64,000 nt of DNA from an uncultured Thermoleophilia bacterium (GTDB taxonomy: Bacteria > Actinomycetota > Thermoleophilia > UBA2241), in the NCBI GenBank assembly GCA_963700035.1, contig CAVOWE010000019.1:18561-82560 (forward strand), given 5' to 3'. Positions 9,119-20,893 of this stretch are shown here, piece after piece (position 1 is the first letter of the stretch; each line of letters begins with the position of its first letter). Both the position numbers and the translations under genes were made by a program. Below the pieces are notes generated by a model. The model was not told where the DNA came from. It did not search any database and was given only the letters and a program-made list of their open reading frames with translations.

Positions 9119-10129
9119 ATGACGGGGTTGCGCACACGCGGAGGCCTTCTCGCGGTCGCGGTGGCGGCGGCCCTCGTCGTCGCCGTAGGACTGGCGGCGG
9201 CCGGCGCCTTCGGCGGCTGCGACCAGACCGCCGAGAAGGCGGGCCGCCCCTCCGCCGCCGTGTCGTCGACCGCCTACGGCGCCGTGGCCACCGTACTCGC
9301 AAAGACGTTCGCCAGGAACGTGCACCCACGCGCCGCCGACACCTGGGGCGAGATCGAGGCGCGGGAGTTCGTCTTCAACGCGTTCCAGCAGTACGGCTAC
9401 TTCCCCCGCACCCAGGAGTTCATCGCGAGCTCTTCGCGAGGACGCGTCCACTCCGCCAATATCATCGCCATCAAGGAGGGGGAGTCGGCCAGGCGGCTGA
9501 TCGTCGGCGCTCACTACGACTCGGCGCCCGTCGGCGAGGGCTACTCCGACAATGCCACGGGCGTGGGACTCCTGCTGGAGACCGCGGCGCGTATCAAGTC
9601 GCAGATCACGCCGTACACCATCGTGTTCGTGGCCTTCGGCGCCGAGGAGAAGGGCCTTCTGGGCTCCCGCTACTACGTGCGCGCCATGGACGACCTGGAG
9701 CGGCGCGCGACCATCGGCATGATCAACCTCGACGCCGTCGCCGGGGGCTCCGCGCTCTCCGTGACCAGTCGCTTCGGCGGCCCGACGTGGCTGCGCGACG
9801 ACGCGCTCACCGCGGCCAAGAGCCTGGGCATCCCCCTGGGCACCAGCCCGGCCGGCAAGAGCCGGCCCGCCGGCGTCTCCATGGCGCCCAGCGACGACGT
9901 GCCGTTCGCGCTCGAGGACATCGCCACGGCGGCGTTCACCGCCACCGACTGGGAGGCCGCTGACACCGGCCTCGCGGCCACCGGCGCGGACGGCCGCTTG
10001 TGGCACAGCCGCAACGACACGGTGGCCTACGTCGAGCGCACCTACCCGGGACGCGTCAGGAGGCAGCTCGCCGATCTCTCGCGCCTCCTCGAGACCCTGC
10101 TCACCAGCAAACTGGAGAAGCGCCCGTGA
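9119..10129 (+). CDS. M28-family aminopeptidase, probable lipoprotein
   Basis: IVGAHYDSAP, SDNATGVGLLLE and FVAFGAEEKGLLGSRYY are the M28 metal-ligand motifs. The N-terminal signal ends in GAFGGC. Confidence 0.75.
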   Translation: MTGLRTRGGLLAVAVAAALVVAVGLAAAGAFGGCDQTAEKAGRPSAAVSSTAYGAVATVLAKTFARNVHPRAADTWGEIEAREFVFNAFQQYGYFPRTQEFIASSSRGRVHSANIIAIKEGESARRLIVGAHYDSAPVGEGYSDNATGVGLLLETAARIKSQITPYTIVFVAFGAEEKGLLGSRYYVRAMDDLERRATIGMINLDAVAGGSALSVTSRFGGPTWLRDDALTAAKSLGIPLGTSPAGKSRPAGVSMAPSDDVPFALEDIATAAFTATDWEAADTGLAATGADGRLWHSRNDTVAYVERTYPGRVRRQLADLSRLLETLLTSKLEKRP

Positions 10130-11226
10130 AACTCGGCATCGTCGGGTTGCCCAACGTCGGCAAGACGACCCTGTTCAACGCCCTCACCCACGCGAACGCG
10201 GCGGCCACCGCCTATGCCTACACGTCGGCCGAGTCCAACATGGGCGTGGTCGCGGTCCCCGACCCGAGACTGGACCGCCTCGACGAGGTGCTCGAGACGC
10301 CCCGCAAGGTCAACGCGACCATCGACGTCGTCGACATCGCCGGCCTGGCGGAGGGCGCCAGCCGCGGCGAGGGCCTCGGCAACCGCTTCCTCGCCGACAT
10401 CCGGGGGGTCGACGCCGTCGCGCACGTGATCCGCGTCTTCGCCAACCTGGAGGTCGCCCACGTGCGCGAGACCGTCGACCCCAGAGCCGACGTCGATCTC
10501 GTGGAGACCGAGCTCGTCCTCGGCGACCTCGAGCTCGTCGAGCGCCGCATCGACAAGACGCGCAAGGCGGCGCGCAGCGGCGACAAGGCGGCCCAGCGCG
10601 AGCTGGCGACGCTCGAAGACCTGCTCGCCGCCCTCCAGCAGGGCAGGCTGGCCCGCAGCGTCGAGCGCCATCCCGAAGACGCGCCCCTGTTCCGCGAGCT
10701 CGCCCTGGTCAGCGACCGGCCCGTCCTCTTCGTCCTCAACACCGACGACGATGTGGGCGCGGCGCAGGCGCTGGCCGCACACGCCGCGTTCGTCGAGTGG
10801 GCGCGCGGCCGGGGCGACCAGGTGGTCGCCGTCGCCGCGCGCCTCGAAGCCGAGCTCGCGGATCTCGAGCCCGGAGACGCCGCCGAGTTCCGCGCCGAGC
10901 TCGGCGCCGACGAGGCAGGAGCCGTCGACGTGTTGCTGCGCGCGGCCTACGAGGTGCTCGGGTACATCACCTTCTTCACCGGCGACTATCGCAGCAGCGA
11001 GTCGCGCGCCTGGCAGCTGCCTCGCGGCTGGACGGCCAAGCAGGCCGCGGGTCGTATCCACAGCGACATCGAGCACGGATTCGTGCGCGCCCAGGTCGTG
11101 AACATCGACGACCTCATCGCGTTGCGCTCGTTCCACGCGGCCAGAGAGAAGGCACTGCTCCGTACAGAGGGCAAGGACTACGTCGTCCAGGACGGCGACG
11201 TCGTCAACTTCATGCACACGGGGTGA
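10126..11226 (+). CDS. ychF: Ribosome-binding ATPase YchF
   Basis: A GTG overlapping the M28 stop (GTGA) gives (M)KLGIVGLPNVGKTTLFNALT. The C-terminal TGS-like end reads GKDYVVQDGDVVNFMH. Confidence 0.9.
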   Translation: MKLGIVGLPNVGKTTLFNALTHANAAATAYAYTSAESNMGVVAVPDPRLDRLDEVLETPRKVNATIDVVDIAGLAEGASRGEGLGNRFLADIRGVDAVAHVIRVFANLEVAHVRETVDPRADVDLVETELVLGDLELVERRIDKTRKAARSGDKAAQRELATLEDLLAALQQGRLARSVERHPEDAPLFRELALVSDRPVLFVLNTDDDVGAAQALAAHAAFVEWARGRGDQVVAVAARLEAELADLEPGDAAEFRAELGADEAGAVDVLLRAAYEVLGYITFFTGDYRSSESRAWQLPRGWTAKQAAGRIHSDIEHGFVRAQVVNIDDLIALRSFHAAREKALLRTEGKDYVVQDGDVVNFMHTG

Positions 11227-11259
11227 GTCGCGGCCGAGCCGGCCAGCGTGGGCCGCGAC
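11227..11259. terminator. GC-rich hairpin between convergent ychF and the GGDEF gene (possible bidirectional terminator, no U-tract)
   Basis: gtcgcggcc (11227-11235) pairs with ggccgcgac (11251-11259). Confidence 0.25.
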
Positions 11260-11272
11260 CGGACCGAGCCGG

Positions 11273-14200
11273 TCAGTCGCCGGCGGAGCCGGCGGCCACG
11301 ACACGGTCGCGGCCGAGCCGCTTGGCGACGTAGAGCGCCTTGTCGGCGGCCTCGAGCAGGCTCTCTTTCGTCTCGGCGGAGTCCGGGTAGGTGGCCACGC
11401 CGATGCTGATGGTCAGCCCGTCGAACTCGCCGTGGTGCTTCGCCACGGCGGCACGGATGCGCTCGGCGATCTCGACCGCCTCGGGCTCGGCGGCGCCGGG
11501 GAGCACCACGACGAACTCCTCGCCGCCGTAGCGCGCGACCAGATCGGCGCGACGCGTGCAACTCTCGATGAGGCGCGCCGTGGCCCGCAGGGCGGCGTCG
11601 CCGGCGGCGTGGCCGAGGCGGTCGTTGTACTCCTTGAAGAAGTCGAGATCGCAGAAGAGGAGCGCCGCGCCGCGACTCTCGTGGCGCGCCCGGCTCAATT
11701 CCTCGATCAGGTGCTCGTGCAGGTAGCGGTGGTTGTAGAGACCGGTCAGGCCGTCGGTGATCGCCTCGATCTCGGCGCGGCTCAGCCGGACGGCCGCCTC
11801 CTGCAGCGTCGAGACCGGGGTCTCCGTCGTCATGCGCGCGAAGCCCCTGGCTCCGCTCGAGCTCAGGGCGGGCGCGTCGGCCACCACGGTCGCCATGATC
11901 TCGCCGTCTCTGCCCACGAGCGGCGCGAGGCCGTTGACCCACACCCCGAAGTTGTCGACGAAAAGGACATTGGAGACGATGGGGCGCCCCGAGAGGACCT
12001 GGGCCAGAGCGTCGTCGGCCATCACCACCTCACCGATCGGCGTACGGTCGACATCGCCCTCTTCATCCGCATCGACGATGATCACGTACTGTCCTTCCAG
12101 CCGCGTCTCCGTCGTCATGAAGCGTACCTCGGGGTGAGCGTCGCGCACGTCGCGCAGCACGGCGTGGATCTTCGCGTACTCGGGGTCCGCCTCGTCGTCA
12201 GGGGTGCGCAGCGTCGCGTGGCGCTCGGGGTCGATGCGCGCCGCCGCCTCGGCGGCGGCTCGCTCCGCCACCAGCCGCAGCGCAGCCAAGCGCTCGAGTA
12301 CTCGGAGGAACGCGTCTGTCATGCCGGGGTCGAACTGGGCGCCGCGGCACCGCTCCAGTTCGGCGAGACACTCCTCGTAGGTGCGCGCGGCGCGATAGGG
12401 GCGCTGCAGCGACATGGCGTCGTACGAGTCCACGACACACATGGCCCGTGCCAGTTCGGGGATCTCCTCGCCCGCCAGTCCGTCGGGGTAGCCCTTGCCG
12501 TCGTACCGTTCGTGGTGGTGCCGCACAGCGGTCACAAGGTCCGCGGAGAAGAGCGGCTTGATGATCTCCGCGCTCACGACGGGGTGCTGCCGCATGAGCT
12601 CCCATTCCTCGGCGTTCAAGGGGCCCTGCTTCACGAGGATCCTGTCGGAGACGCCGATCTTGCCGATGTCGTGGAGGTACGCGACCTCGCGCACTTGGTC
12701 GGTCCACTCCGGCTCCCAGCCGAGCTCCTCGCCGAGGAGGATCGTGTAGGCCGCCACCCGCGCCGCGTGTCCGAGGGTGTAGTAGTCCTTGGCGTTGAGC
12801 GCCGTAGAAAGCCCTTTCAAGTTGCTCAAGTGAAGGGACTTGATCTCCTGGTACAGCCTCGCGTTGTTGGCGGCCAGGGAGAGATGCACGCCTACCCGCT
12901 CGAGGACTCCCGTGTCGACCTCTGAGAACGCCTCGGGCGAGGCGCCTTCCAACATGAGCACGCCGATCAGGATGTGCTGGTCGAAGAGCCCGATGGCGGC
13001 ACTCGAGAGGCTGTCGGCGGCCGCGGGGTGCCCTTCGGGCACGGACCCTCCGTCTGGGTCGTCCAGGATGACCACGCGCTCGCGGCGCAGACGCTCGAGC
13101 ATGTCGCCAAGGGGGTCGCCGGTCACCGACACCGCCCGTGGGCACGCGGGGGGCCGCGACCCGTACACCTGGACGAACTCGCCGTGCTCAAGCAGTGCGA
13201 GGCTGTAGCTCACGATGGAGGCCAGATGGCCGAGGCCGGCGACCGTCGCCTCGGCGATCTCGCCGAGGTCGAGGCTGGCCGTGGTGCGTCTGGCGATCTC
13301 GTTGAGCAGTTCCGCCTCGCGAGTGCGGCGCTCCAGGTCGCCGATCAGCAGCGCGTTGTCCATGGCGAGGCCGGCGACGCGGCACACGGCCTCCACGAGG
13401 CCGATGTCGTCGCCGGAGAAGTCGCGCTGCCTGCCGCGTCTCCGTCAGCTCGAGCGTGCCGACGACCGCGCCCTTGGCGAGCGAGAGGCACGACGAGGTA
13501 GCTCTTCACGTCGTGCTCCCCCAGCCACGTCCGGCTCTCGGGATCGATTCGCGGGTCGTCCAGCGACGTGACGGCCGCGGCCCGCTGGGTCTCGATCACG
13601 AGCCGGGTGATCGGCCAGCGCTCGAGGCCTACGAACACGCCGGGCAGAGTCCCCTCGGTCGGCACGCCCAGCGACGACGTGGCCACACACTCGAGGCGGC
13701 CGTCGCCGGCGAGCAGGTAGGCGCTGCACTCGCTCACGTCGGCGACGGCGCGCACGCGTTCGACGACCGTCTCGAGAAGCCGGCGTGTGTCGAGCGCCCC
13801 CGACAGCTCGGCGCTGACCTCGTTGAGAAGCGCCGCGCGCTGGGCGCCGCGATCGAGCTCACCGTACAGGCGCGCATTGACGATGGCCTGACCCGCCACC
13901 TGACTCAGCCCGCGCAGCAGGTCCAGCTGCCCGAAGGACCGCGGCTCGCTGTCGTACAGAGCCGTCACGCCCACGATCTGGGCGCCGTTGATGAGCGGGA
14001 CGATGACGCCCGAGCGAAAGCCGGAGCGCGCCCAGGACCGCCGTTCCAGCGAGCTCGCGCGGGCATCCTCGGCGACGTCTTCGATCGTCACCGGACGGCC
14101 GGTACTCAGCGCCTTGCCCGTCAGGGGGTAGTCGGCTACCGCGAACTCCCGGCCGGCGAAATCCGGGACGATCGCGTCCTTGTCGTCGATGCCGACGAGG

Positions 14201-15647
14201 GCGCGAAGCGAGTCCCCTTCCAGGGCGGAGATGTCGCAGGCCGCCGCGCTCGTGGCCTCGCGCATCCTTCGCGCGATGGAGAGAAGCACGCGCTCCACGT
14301 CGAGCGTGGAGCCGAACTCGAGGCCGCCTTCGACGAGCGTGCGGAGATCCCGGTTGCGCCCTTCCAGGCGGCCGAGCAGGTCGGCGTTCTCCATGGCGCC
14401 GGCGACCAGCTGTCCCACCCCGGCGGCGAACTCGATGCACTCCTGCCAATCGCGCGGGCGTGTCCCGAAGAGATCGATGAAGCCGACCGTCGCGCCCTTG
14501 ACCACGAGAGGGATGCAGAGCTCGCTGTGCAGGCCCTGCGCGAGCAGCACCTCGCGCTCTTCCGCCGTGAGCTCCGACACTTCTACGTCGGCGACCACGA
14601 GAGTGCGTTGTTCCGCGAGCGCCTTCGCAGTCGTGGGATTGCCGGGGAGGTCGAGGATGTGGCCCTCGTACGACTCCGACGAACCCGTCCGTCGACGCAC
14701 TCACCACGCAGCGGTACCCATCCCCGTCGATCTGATAGATGTCGCAGGAGGCGGCGTCGGACCGCCTGGAGAAGGCGCGTGGCCACAGTGCGCAGGAGCT
14801 GCTCTTCGTCGTAGGTCCGGGACAGGAGCTGCGCGAGATCGAAGAGCTCCTTGAGGACGCGGTTGCGGTCTTCAAGCGCGGCCAACAGCAGTGCCTTCTC
14901 GAGGGCACCCGCGACGACGTGCGCGGCGCCACGCGCGTACTCGAGCGCCCGCGTGAACGCACGCGGCCGGTCGCCGTACAGCTCGATCACGCCGACGACC
15001 CGGTCCTGCACCAGTAGCGGGATGCACATCTCGCTGGCGAAACCGTACTCGTCGTACACCTCACGATCCTCGTCGGTGAGGCGCGGGTCGTGACGATCGT
15101 CCACGTGGACCACAGTGCCCTCGGCGAACGCCTGGCGCACGACCGCCCAGACGGTCGTGCGCAGCACGGCGCCGACGGCCTCTTCGTCAGGGCCGTCGCG
15201 ATCCAGGCTGACCAGGCAACGGAACACGCCCTCATCCTCCAGCCTGTAGATGTCACAGCTGACGGCGCCGGTCGCCGTCAGCATGAGGCCGGCCACGTCG
15301 CGCAGCAGCTCGCCGGTGTCCTGCCAGCGACTGGCGGCCTCGCCGAGATCGGCGAGCGCTCTGAGGACTGCCCGCTCGCCGCTTTCGGCATCGCGCCCGG
15401 TGCGCAGCAGGCGGTCGCGCGTCAGGCCCTCGAGGGCGGCCCGCTCGAAGCGCCGGTGGCCGCCCGGGCTGCGCCCACAGGACAACGCCCCAGAGTCGCA
15501 CGCACGGCGCACGGTGGCCGGGCTCACGCCCAGCTCCGCCGCAGCCTCGGCCACGCTGAGAAGCCCGGATGTCGAAGGTCGTCGTGTCACGGTCGCCCGC
15601 TTCCTCACAGGGGGTGTATCGGCAGCGGCGTACCAGAACTTAGGCAA
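11273..15647 (-). CDS. Giant signalling protein A: MerR/excisionase (BldC-like) HTH + 5 GAF + HD-GYP + GGDEF. Reading frame broken at 4 points as assembled.
   Basis: Four tracked ORFs join end to end when read across single-base shifts near 14760, 14680, 13485 and 13430: 14583..15647, 13859..14962 (part), 13345..14700 and 11273..13396. Motifs: HTH LLSVAEAAAELGVSPATVRR...SPGGHRRF; HD-GYP HDIGK...HHHERYDGKGYPDGL; GGDEF RYGGEEF with an RRAD I-site. 4375-4=4371 nt. The likely start is GTG 15590, after GAGGAAG. Confidence 0.8.
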
Positions 15648-15716
15648 ATCTCTCTGACGCGGCGGAGCGAATCAGTGCGACGGCTTCGTCGATCGCGCCG
15701 GGGACGCGACTCAGAT

Positions 15717-16136
15717 TCAGAGCCCCGACAGCACCTCGACGTCGGCGGCGACCGCCTGAACAGGGTAGGACTCCGCCACCGGCCCCGTGAAACGCACGGC
15801 GACTCGGAGACCGTCGCGGAGGTCGCCGGCGACCAGTCTGCGCCGGCCCTCACCCTCCGGCGCCCACACGACCGTGTCCGCCGTGGTGCGCACCATCGCA
15901 CGATCGTAGCTCGCCGGAGGATGCTGCGGATCGGCCACCACGAGGAACGAGACGGTGCCGTCGAGCGGCCGCGAAGAGAGCTGCGAGAGGCGGCCGGTGA
16001 TGTCGGCGGCGCCGGCGGGCGGCGGCGTCTTGCCGCCGCCCGGATCGGCGCCCTCCCCCCCGCACGCCACGACGGCGACGAGCGACAGCGCCACGAGAGC
16101 GACCGCAGCCGCCAGCGCCGGACCCGTGTGTCTCAT
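15717..16136 (-). CDS. Hypothetical lipoprotein
   Basis: The internal ATG at 16136, after AAGGAG, gives MRHTGPALAAAVALVALSLVAVVACGGEG... (signal peptide plus lipobox). No family recognised. Confidence 0.5.
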   Translation of the reverse strand: MRHTGPALAAAVALVALSLVAVVACGGEGADPGGGKTPPPAGAADITGRLSQLSSRPLDGTVSFLVVADPQHPPASYDRAMVRTTADTVVWAPEGEGRRRLVAGDLRDGLRVAVRFTGPVAESYPVQAVAADVEVLSGL

Positions 16137-16359
16137 CGGCGCTCCTTCCCCGGGCGCTGTCGCACCCGTCGACGTCAAGACAGGGAGACGCGCACCGGCG
16201 GCGACGGGTTCGCCGTGCGGTCCGCACGACGCGCGGCACCGGTCGAGCGTCCTCCGCGCGATCCGGCGGGCTGCGCCGTACCTCGGCCGCGGCGTCTCCG
16301 CCCGCACCTCCGGGTGCGAGGTAGAATCAAGCGACCCGCACCGCGGAACCGAGGACCCA

Positions 16360-17334
16360 GTGACATCCCCAGGCGCTCCGAACTCGCTCCCGCCCGGCTA
16401 TCGCCTGCGACGGCCGAGCGCCGGCGACGCCCCGGCCGTGGCGGACCTGAGGCGGGCTGTGGAGGTCGCGCGCCACGGCGACAGCGACGTGACACCCGCC
16501 GAGATCGTGGAGGAGTGGGCTCTGCCGCGCCTCGCGGCGGACGAGGACCTGTGGCTGATCGAGACCCCTTCCCGAGAGGTCGTCGGTCACGCCCTCGTCT
16601 GGATGGAGAACCCTCCCGACGTGTTCATCGCCGTGCTGGACGTCCACCCCGACCACCGCGGGCGCGGTCTCAGCGAGCTCCTGCTGGAGCTGAGCGAGTC
16701 ACAAGCGGCACGCGCCGCCGGGCGTCGGGCCGGCGGCGCGACTGTCAACCTGGGCGTGTCGACCCACGAAGACGACGCCGCGCGCCGCGCTCTGTACGTC
16801 CGGCACGGCTTCCGCTACGTGCGCACCTTCCTGCACCTCGAGGTCGACCTGGCCGAGTCGCCGGCGGCGCCGGTCTGGCCGCCGGGAATCGTCGTGCGCC
16901 GCTTCCGCCGGCATCGCGACGAGGCGGGCGTGCACGCCGCCGGCGATGAGGCCTTCCGGGATCACTGGCGCCCAGACCGCATGGACCTGGACGAGTGGCT
17001 CGCCTGTCGCTTCGAGCGACCCGACCTCGACCTCGACCTCTGGTGGGTCGCCTGGGACGGCGAAGAGGTCGCCGGCAGCCTGCTGGCCTTCGAGTCTCCG
17101 CTCGGCGGCTACATCGATTCGCTCTCAGTACGCAGACGCTGGCGGGGACGCGGGCTGGGCCGCGCCCTGCTGCGAGAGGCCTTCGCCGAACTGCGCCGGC
17201 GCGGCCTCCCCAAAGCCTACCTCGGGGTGGACAGCGAGAACCCCACCGGAGCCATGGGCCTCTACACATCCGTGGGGATGCGTCCGAGTCGAGGCGCTCA
17301 CCTCGTCTACGAGAAGGACCTGCCGGCCGTCTGA
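16360..17334 (+). CDS. Tandem GNAT N-acetyltransferase (MshD-like two-domain architecture)
   Basis: Two acetyl-CoA motifs: [14 protein letters not shown] and [15 protein letters not shown]. The start is uncertain (GTG 16360 chosen). The upstream part of tracked ORF 15955..17334 is low-complexity. Confidence 0.65.
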   Translation: MTSPGAPNSLPPGYRLRRPSAGDAPAVADLRRAVEVARHGDSDVTPAEIVEEWALPRLAADEDLWLIETPSREVVGHALVWMENPPDVFIAVLDVHPDHRGRGLSELLLELSESQAARAAGRRAGGATVNLGVSTHEDDAARRALYVRHGFRYVRTFLHLEVDLAESPAAPVWPPGIVVRRFRRHRDEAGVHAAGDEAFRDHWRPDRMDLDEWLACRFERPDLDLDLWWVAWDGEEVAGSLLAFESPLGGYIDSLSVRRRWRGRGLGRALLREAFAELRRRGLPKAYLGVDSENPTGAMGLYTSVGMRPSRGAHLVYEKDLPAV

Positions 17335-17362
17335 TCCGCCGGCTGCGGCGCCGGCGTCGCGG

Positions 17363-17893
17363 TCAGCGCGGCGCGCCGGGGCGCGCCGCGCGGGCCAGGC
17401 GTCTGAGGCGGGCGGCGGCCACCAGGAGCACGCCGCCGTACACGATGCCGAACATGCCGATGGCCCAGGCGATCTCCACGGGATCGTCCTTGGGCACGGC
17501 GATCAGGGCGATGCCCACCAGCAGCGAGAGGCCGCCGGCGAGGAGCAAGGACGCGTCGCTGCCGGCCAGCCGTCGCAGCCGTACGGCCGCCTCGATCTCG
17601 AACACGCCGGTGACGATCGCCCAGGCGGCCAGAAGCGAGAGCAAGCCGAGGCCGCCGAGGCCCGGCCAAGCCAGGGTCACGACGCCGACGGCCACGCCGA
17701 CGAGGCCCTCGACGAGCACGACCCACCACTGCTCGAGGACGTCGCGCCCGACGACGGCCACGGCGCCCAGCACCAGGCCGTCGACGAGTGCGAACGCGCC
17801 GAACGCGACCGCAACGACAGCGGCGCTGGGGTCTCGCCAGAGAAGCACCGTGAGACCGAAGACGAGAGCGACGGCGCCGCGCACGGCGGTCAT
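17363..17893 (-). CDS. DUF308/HdeD-family membrane protein
   Basis: Only the C-terminal 177 aa of tracked ORF 17363..19885 looks like a protein, with six hydrophobic helices ([11 protein letters not shown]..., [18 protein letters not shown]..., [14 protein letters not shown]). TTG 17920 is an alternative start. Confidence 0.65.
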   Translation of the reverse strand: MTAVRGAVALVFGLTVLLWRDPSAAVVAVAFGAFALVDGLVLGAVAVVGRDVLEQWWVVLVEGLVGVAVGVVTLAWPGLGGLGLLSLLAAWAIVTGVFEIEAAVRLRRLAGSDASLLLAGGLSLLVGIALIAVPKDDPVEIAWAIGMFGIVYGGVLLVAAARLRRLARAARPGAPR

Positions 17894-18088
17894 CCACCAC
17901 TTCTCACAGAAACCGATCAAGACCGGGCTATCGTCAACCCCAGCTGCCCGCGACGCAAGCGGCAGGCACCACCAGGACGCCGGCGCCTCTCCTTGACACC
18001 CCAGGCGCCCCCGAATCTGATGGGCGCCCGGGAGCTGTGCGCCTGCGTCGTCCTGTACAATCCTCCCGGCACACGACCGGGAGGGACC

Positions 18089-18986
18089 ATGGCCGTCATC
18101 GAGGCCGAGCACCTCAGCAAGCGCTTCGGCAAGAAGGTCCTCGCAGTCGACGACGTGAGCTTCGGCATCGAGCCGGGCACCATCACCGGCTTCCTGGGCC
18201 CGAACGGTGCCGGCAAGACCACCACCCTGCGCATGATCGTCGACCTGGTGCGGCCCACCGCCGGCACGGTGCGCGTCCTCGGCGGCAGGTACCGCGACCT
18301 CACCCATCCCACCACGCGCGTCGGCGCCCTTCTGGACGCCTCCGGCTTCCACCCCGGGCGTTCGGGCCGCAATGCCCTGCGCGTCGTCTCGCGAGCGGCC
18401 GGCATCGGCTACGACCGCGTCGACTCCGCGCTCGAGATGGTGGAGCTCTCCGGCGCCGCCGGGCGCGCCGTCAAGGGCTACTCGACGGGCATGAAGCAAC
18501 GCCTCGCCCTGGCTTGCGCTCTTCTCGGCGACCCCGAGGTGCTGCTCCTCGACGAGCCGGCCAACGGCCTCGACCCGGAGGGCATGAAGTGGCTTGCGCG
18601 GCTTCCTGCGTGCCCAAGCCGCGGAAGGCCGCACGGTGCTCATCTCGAGCCACGTGCTGGCCGAGATCGAACAGACCGTGGACCAGGTCCTCATCATCAG
18701 CAAGGGCAGACTGCTGGCCCAGGGGCCCATCGCGCAGCTCGCCGCCGGCGCGGCCGCCGTGGTGCGCGTGCGGAGCCCGCAGGCGCAGAAGCTCGAAGAG
18801 CTGCTGCTGCAGAAGGGCGCCGGCGTGAACCGCCTGGAGACGGCGCTGGCCATCCGCGGGCCGAGCAGCGCCGAGGTCGGCGAGCTGGCGCACGCCAACG
18901 ACATCGTCCTCCACGAGCTTCTCTCGGAGCAGCCCAGCCTGGAGGATCTCTTCCTGCAGATCGCCGGCACGCGGAGGGAGTCGTGA
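18089..18986 (+). CDS. ABC transporter ATP-binding protein (ABC-2/DrrA-like); frame broken once as assembled
   Basis: Walker [10 protein letters not shown], signature YSTGMKQRL, Walker [13 protein letters not shown]. After PEGMKW the frame moves +1 near 18593-18597 into ORF 18594..18986 ([21 protein letters not shown]). 898-1=897 nt. Confidence 0.85.
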
Positions 18987-19759
18987 GCGACCTCATCCGC
19001 GCCGAGTTCCTCAAGCTCAGGAGCACGCGCACGGCCCTCGGCCTGTTCATCGCGGCCCTCGTCGCCAGCGTGCTCCCTGCCGCGCTCGTGATGAGCCTCG
19101 TGCCCCACGACATGCTGTCTGACGGCGGAGCGACGATCGCCGCCAGCGGCCTCACGCTCGTGCCCATCCTGGCGGTGGTCTTTGGGATCCTCGGCATGAC
19201 CAATGAGTACCGCCACGGCACCATCACCTATACGTACCTCGCCACCCCCCGACGCGGCATCGTGATAATTGTGAAGCTCGTCTGCTACGGGATCGTGGGC
19301 ACCGCGGTGATGGCTGCCACCGCCCTGCTGGTCGTGCTCACCATCGCCATGATCGCGGCGCTTCGCGACATCGCCCTGCCGTGGTTGACGGCGTCCAACG
19401 TCTCCGACCTCGAGACGCTCCGGGACGCCGGCATGTTCCTGCTGACGACTGGGCTGATGACTGCCTTCGGCGTGAGCCTCGGCGCCCTCTTCCGCGCCCA
19501 GGTTCCCACGGTCGCCGGCACGGTGATCTGGGCGCTGGCCGCGGAGAGCATCATCGCCCTCGTCAAGCCGCGCATCGGCATCTACCTGCCGTTCGCGGCG
19601 TTCCAGCAGCTCACGATGGGCGGAGCCCTGCGCACGGGAGAGGCCGACGCGATCATGCCGTCCCTGACCCGGCCCGAAGCATTCCTGGTCGCCATCGCGT
19701 ACATCACCGTGTTCAGCGTCGCCGCCGTCTTCATCTCGATGCGCCGCGACGTCACCTGA
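18983..19759 (+). CDS. ABC-2 type transporter permease
   Basis: A GTG overlapping the ATPase stop (GTGA) gives (M)[26 protein letters not shown]..., followed by six hydrophobic segments. This is the C-terminal part of tracked ORF 16946..19759. Confidence 0.7.
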   Translation: MSDLIRAEFLKLRSTRTALGLFIAALVASVLPAALVMSLVPHDMLSDGGATIAASGLTLVPILAVVFGILGMTNEYRHGTITYTYLATPRRGIVIIVKLVCYGIVGTAVMAATALLVVLTIAMIAALRDIALPWLTASNVSDLETLRDAGMFLLTTGLMTAFGVSLGALFRAQVPTVAGTVIWALAAESIIALVKPRIGIYLPFAAFQQLTMGGALRTGEADAIMPSLTRPEAFLVAIAYITVFSVAAVFISMRRDVT

Positions 19760-19790
19760 GCGGCGTGGGCCTCGAGCGCAGGAGCGACTG

Positions 19791-20268
19791 ATGGCCGGCC
19801 AAGCCACTGCGATCCGCGGTCCGCTGAGCGGACAGGGCGCGCTCGCCGAAGGCATCCTGCGCGCCCTGCCCGACTGGTTCGGCATCGAGTCCGCACTGAT
19901 CGACTACGCGCGCGCCGCCGACGAGCTGCCGACGTTCGTCGCCGACCGTGGCGAGCAGACGGCGGGCTTCCTGACCCTGAAGCCGACCAGCTCGCACGCC
20001 GTCGAGGTCCACGTGATGGCCGTGCTGCCGGGCGAGCACCGGCGTGGAGTCGGCCGCGCGCTCGTGCGAGCGCGCGGCCGACTACGCTCGCGCGGAGGGC
20101 TTCAGCCTGCTTCACGTGAAGACTCTCGCGCCGACTCTGAGCGACCCGGACCCGGGCTACGCCGCCACGCGCGCCTTCTACGCAGCCGTCGGCTTCCTGC
20201 CGCTCGAGGAGCTGCCGCAGGTCTGGGGCCCGGAGAACCCCTGCCTGCTCATGGTGATGGTGCTGTGA
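19791..20268 (+). CDS. GNAT-family N-acetyltransferase; frame broken once as assembled
   Basis: VLPGEHRRGVGRALV (frame of 19791) continues as ERAADYARAEGFSLLHVKT... (frame of 20044) if 1 nt near 20067 is ignored. 478-1=477 nt. Confidence 0.65.
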
Positions 20269-20274
20269 CGGCCC

Positions 20275-20787
20275 TCACGCGGCCGGCGCCGGCGGCGTGA
20301 ACACGCGCGCCGCGAGCTCCTTGTCGAGCTGGTAGAGGCCGCCCGGCTGGTCGCCCGCCATGCCGAACTTCTGCACCATGTCGCCGGCGCTCTCTTCTTC
20401 TTCGACCTGCTCGGCGATGAACCACTGCAGGAAGTTGTAGGTGGCGTGGTCCTTCAGCTCCAGGGCCAGTGAGGCGAGGTCGAAGATGCGCGCCGTGACC
20501 TTCTCCTCGTGCGCCAGCGCCTCTTTGAACATGTCGAGGCCGCCGGCCCACTCCGTCTGCGGCCTGGCGATCGCCTCGAGCGTCACGCGGCCGCCGCGCG
20601 TGGCCACGTAGTCGAACATCTTCTGCGCGTGCGCGAGCTCCTCTTGGTACTGCACCGTCATCCAGTTCTGGCCGCCCGCCATGCCCATCTCGGCGAACTG
20701 CGCCGCCATGGACAGGTAGAGGTACCCGGAGTAGAGCTCCCAGTTGATCTGCTCGTTGATCGCGTCTTGGATCCTCGTGTCCAGCAT
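20275..20787 (-). CDS. Ferritin (non-haem, Ftn-like)
   Basis: MLDTRIQDAINEQINWELYSGYLYLSMAAQF...EELAHAQKMFDYV...ALAHEEKVT shows the ferroxidase-centre Glu/His pattern. ATG 20787 chosen. Confidence 0.85.
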   Translation of the reverse strand: MLDTRIQDAINEQINWELYSGYLYLSMAAQFAEMGMAGGQNWMTVQYQEELAHAQKMFDYVATRGGRVTLEAIARPQTEWAGGLDMFKEALAHEEKVTARIFDLASLALELKDHATYNFLQWFIAEQVEEEESAGDMVQKFGMAGDQPGGLYQLDKELAARVFTPPAPAA

Positions 20788-20893
20788 GTCCCCACCTTCT
20801 GTCTCGTTTGCCACCTATCTACCCACGGGAGCCGGGGGGAGTAAACCGCAGCGCGTCGAAGACGTGGTGCGACCCCGATGCGGACGTGACGAG

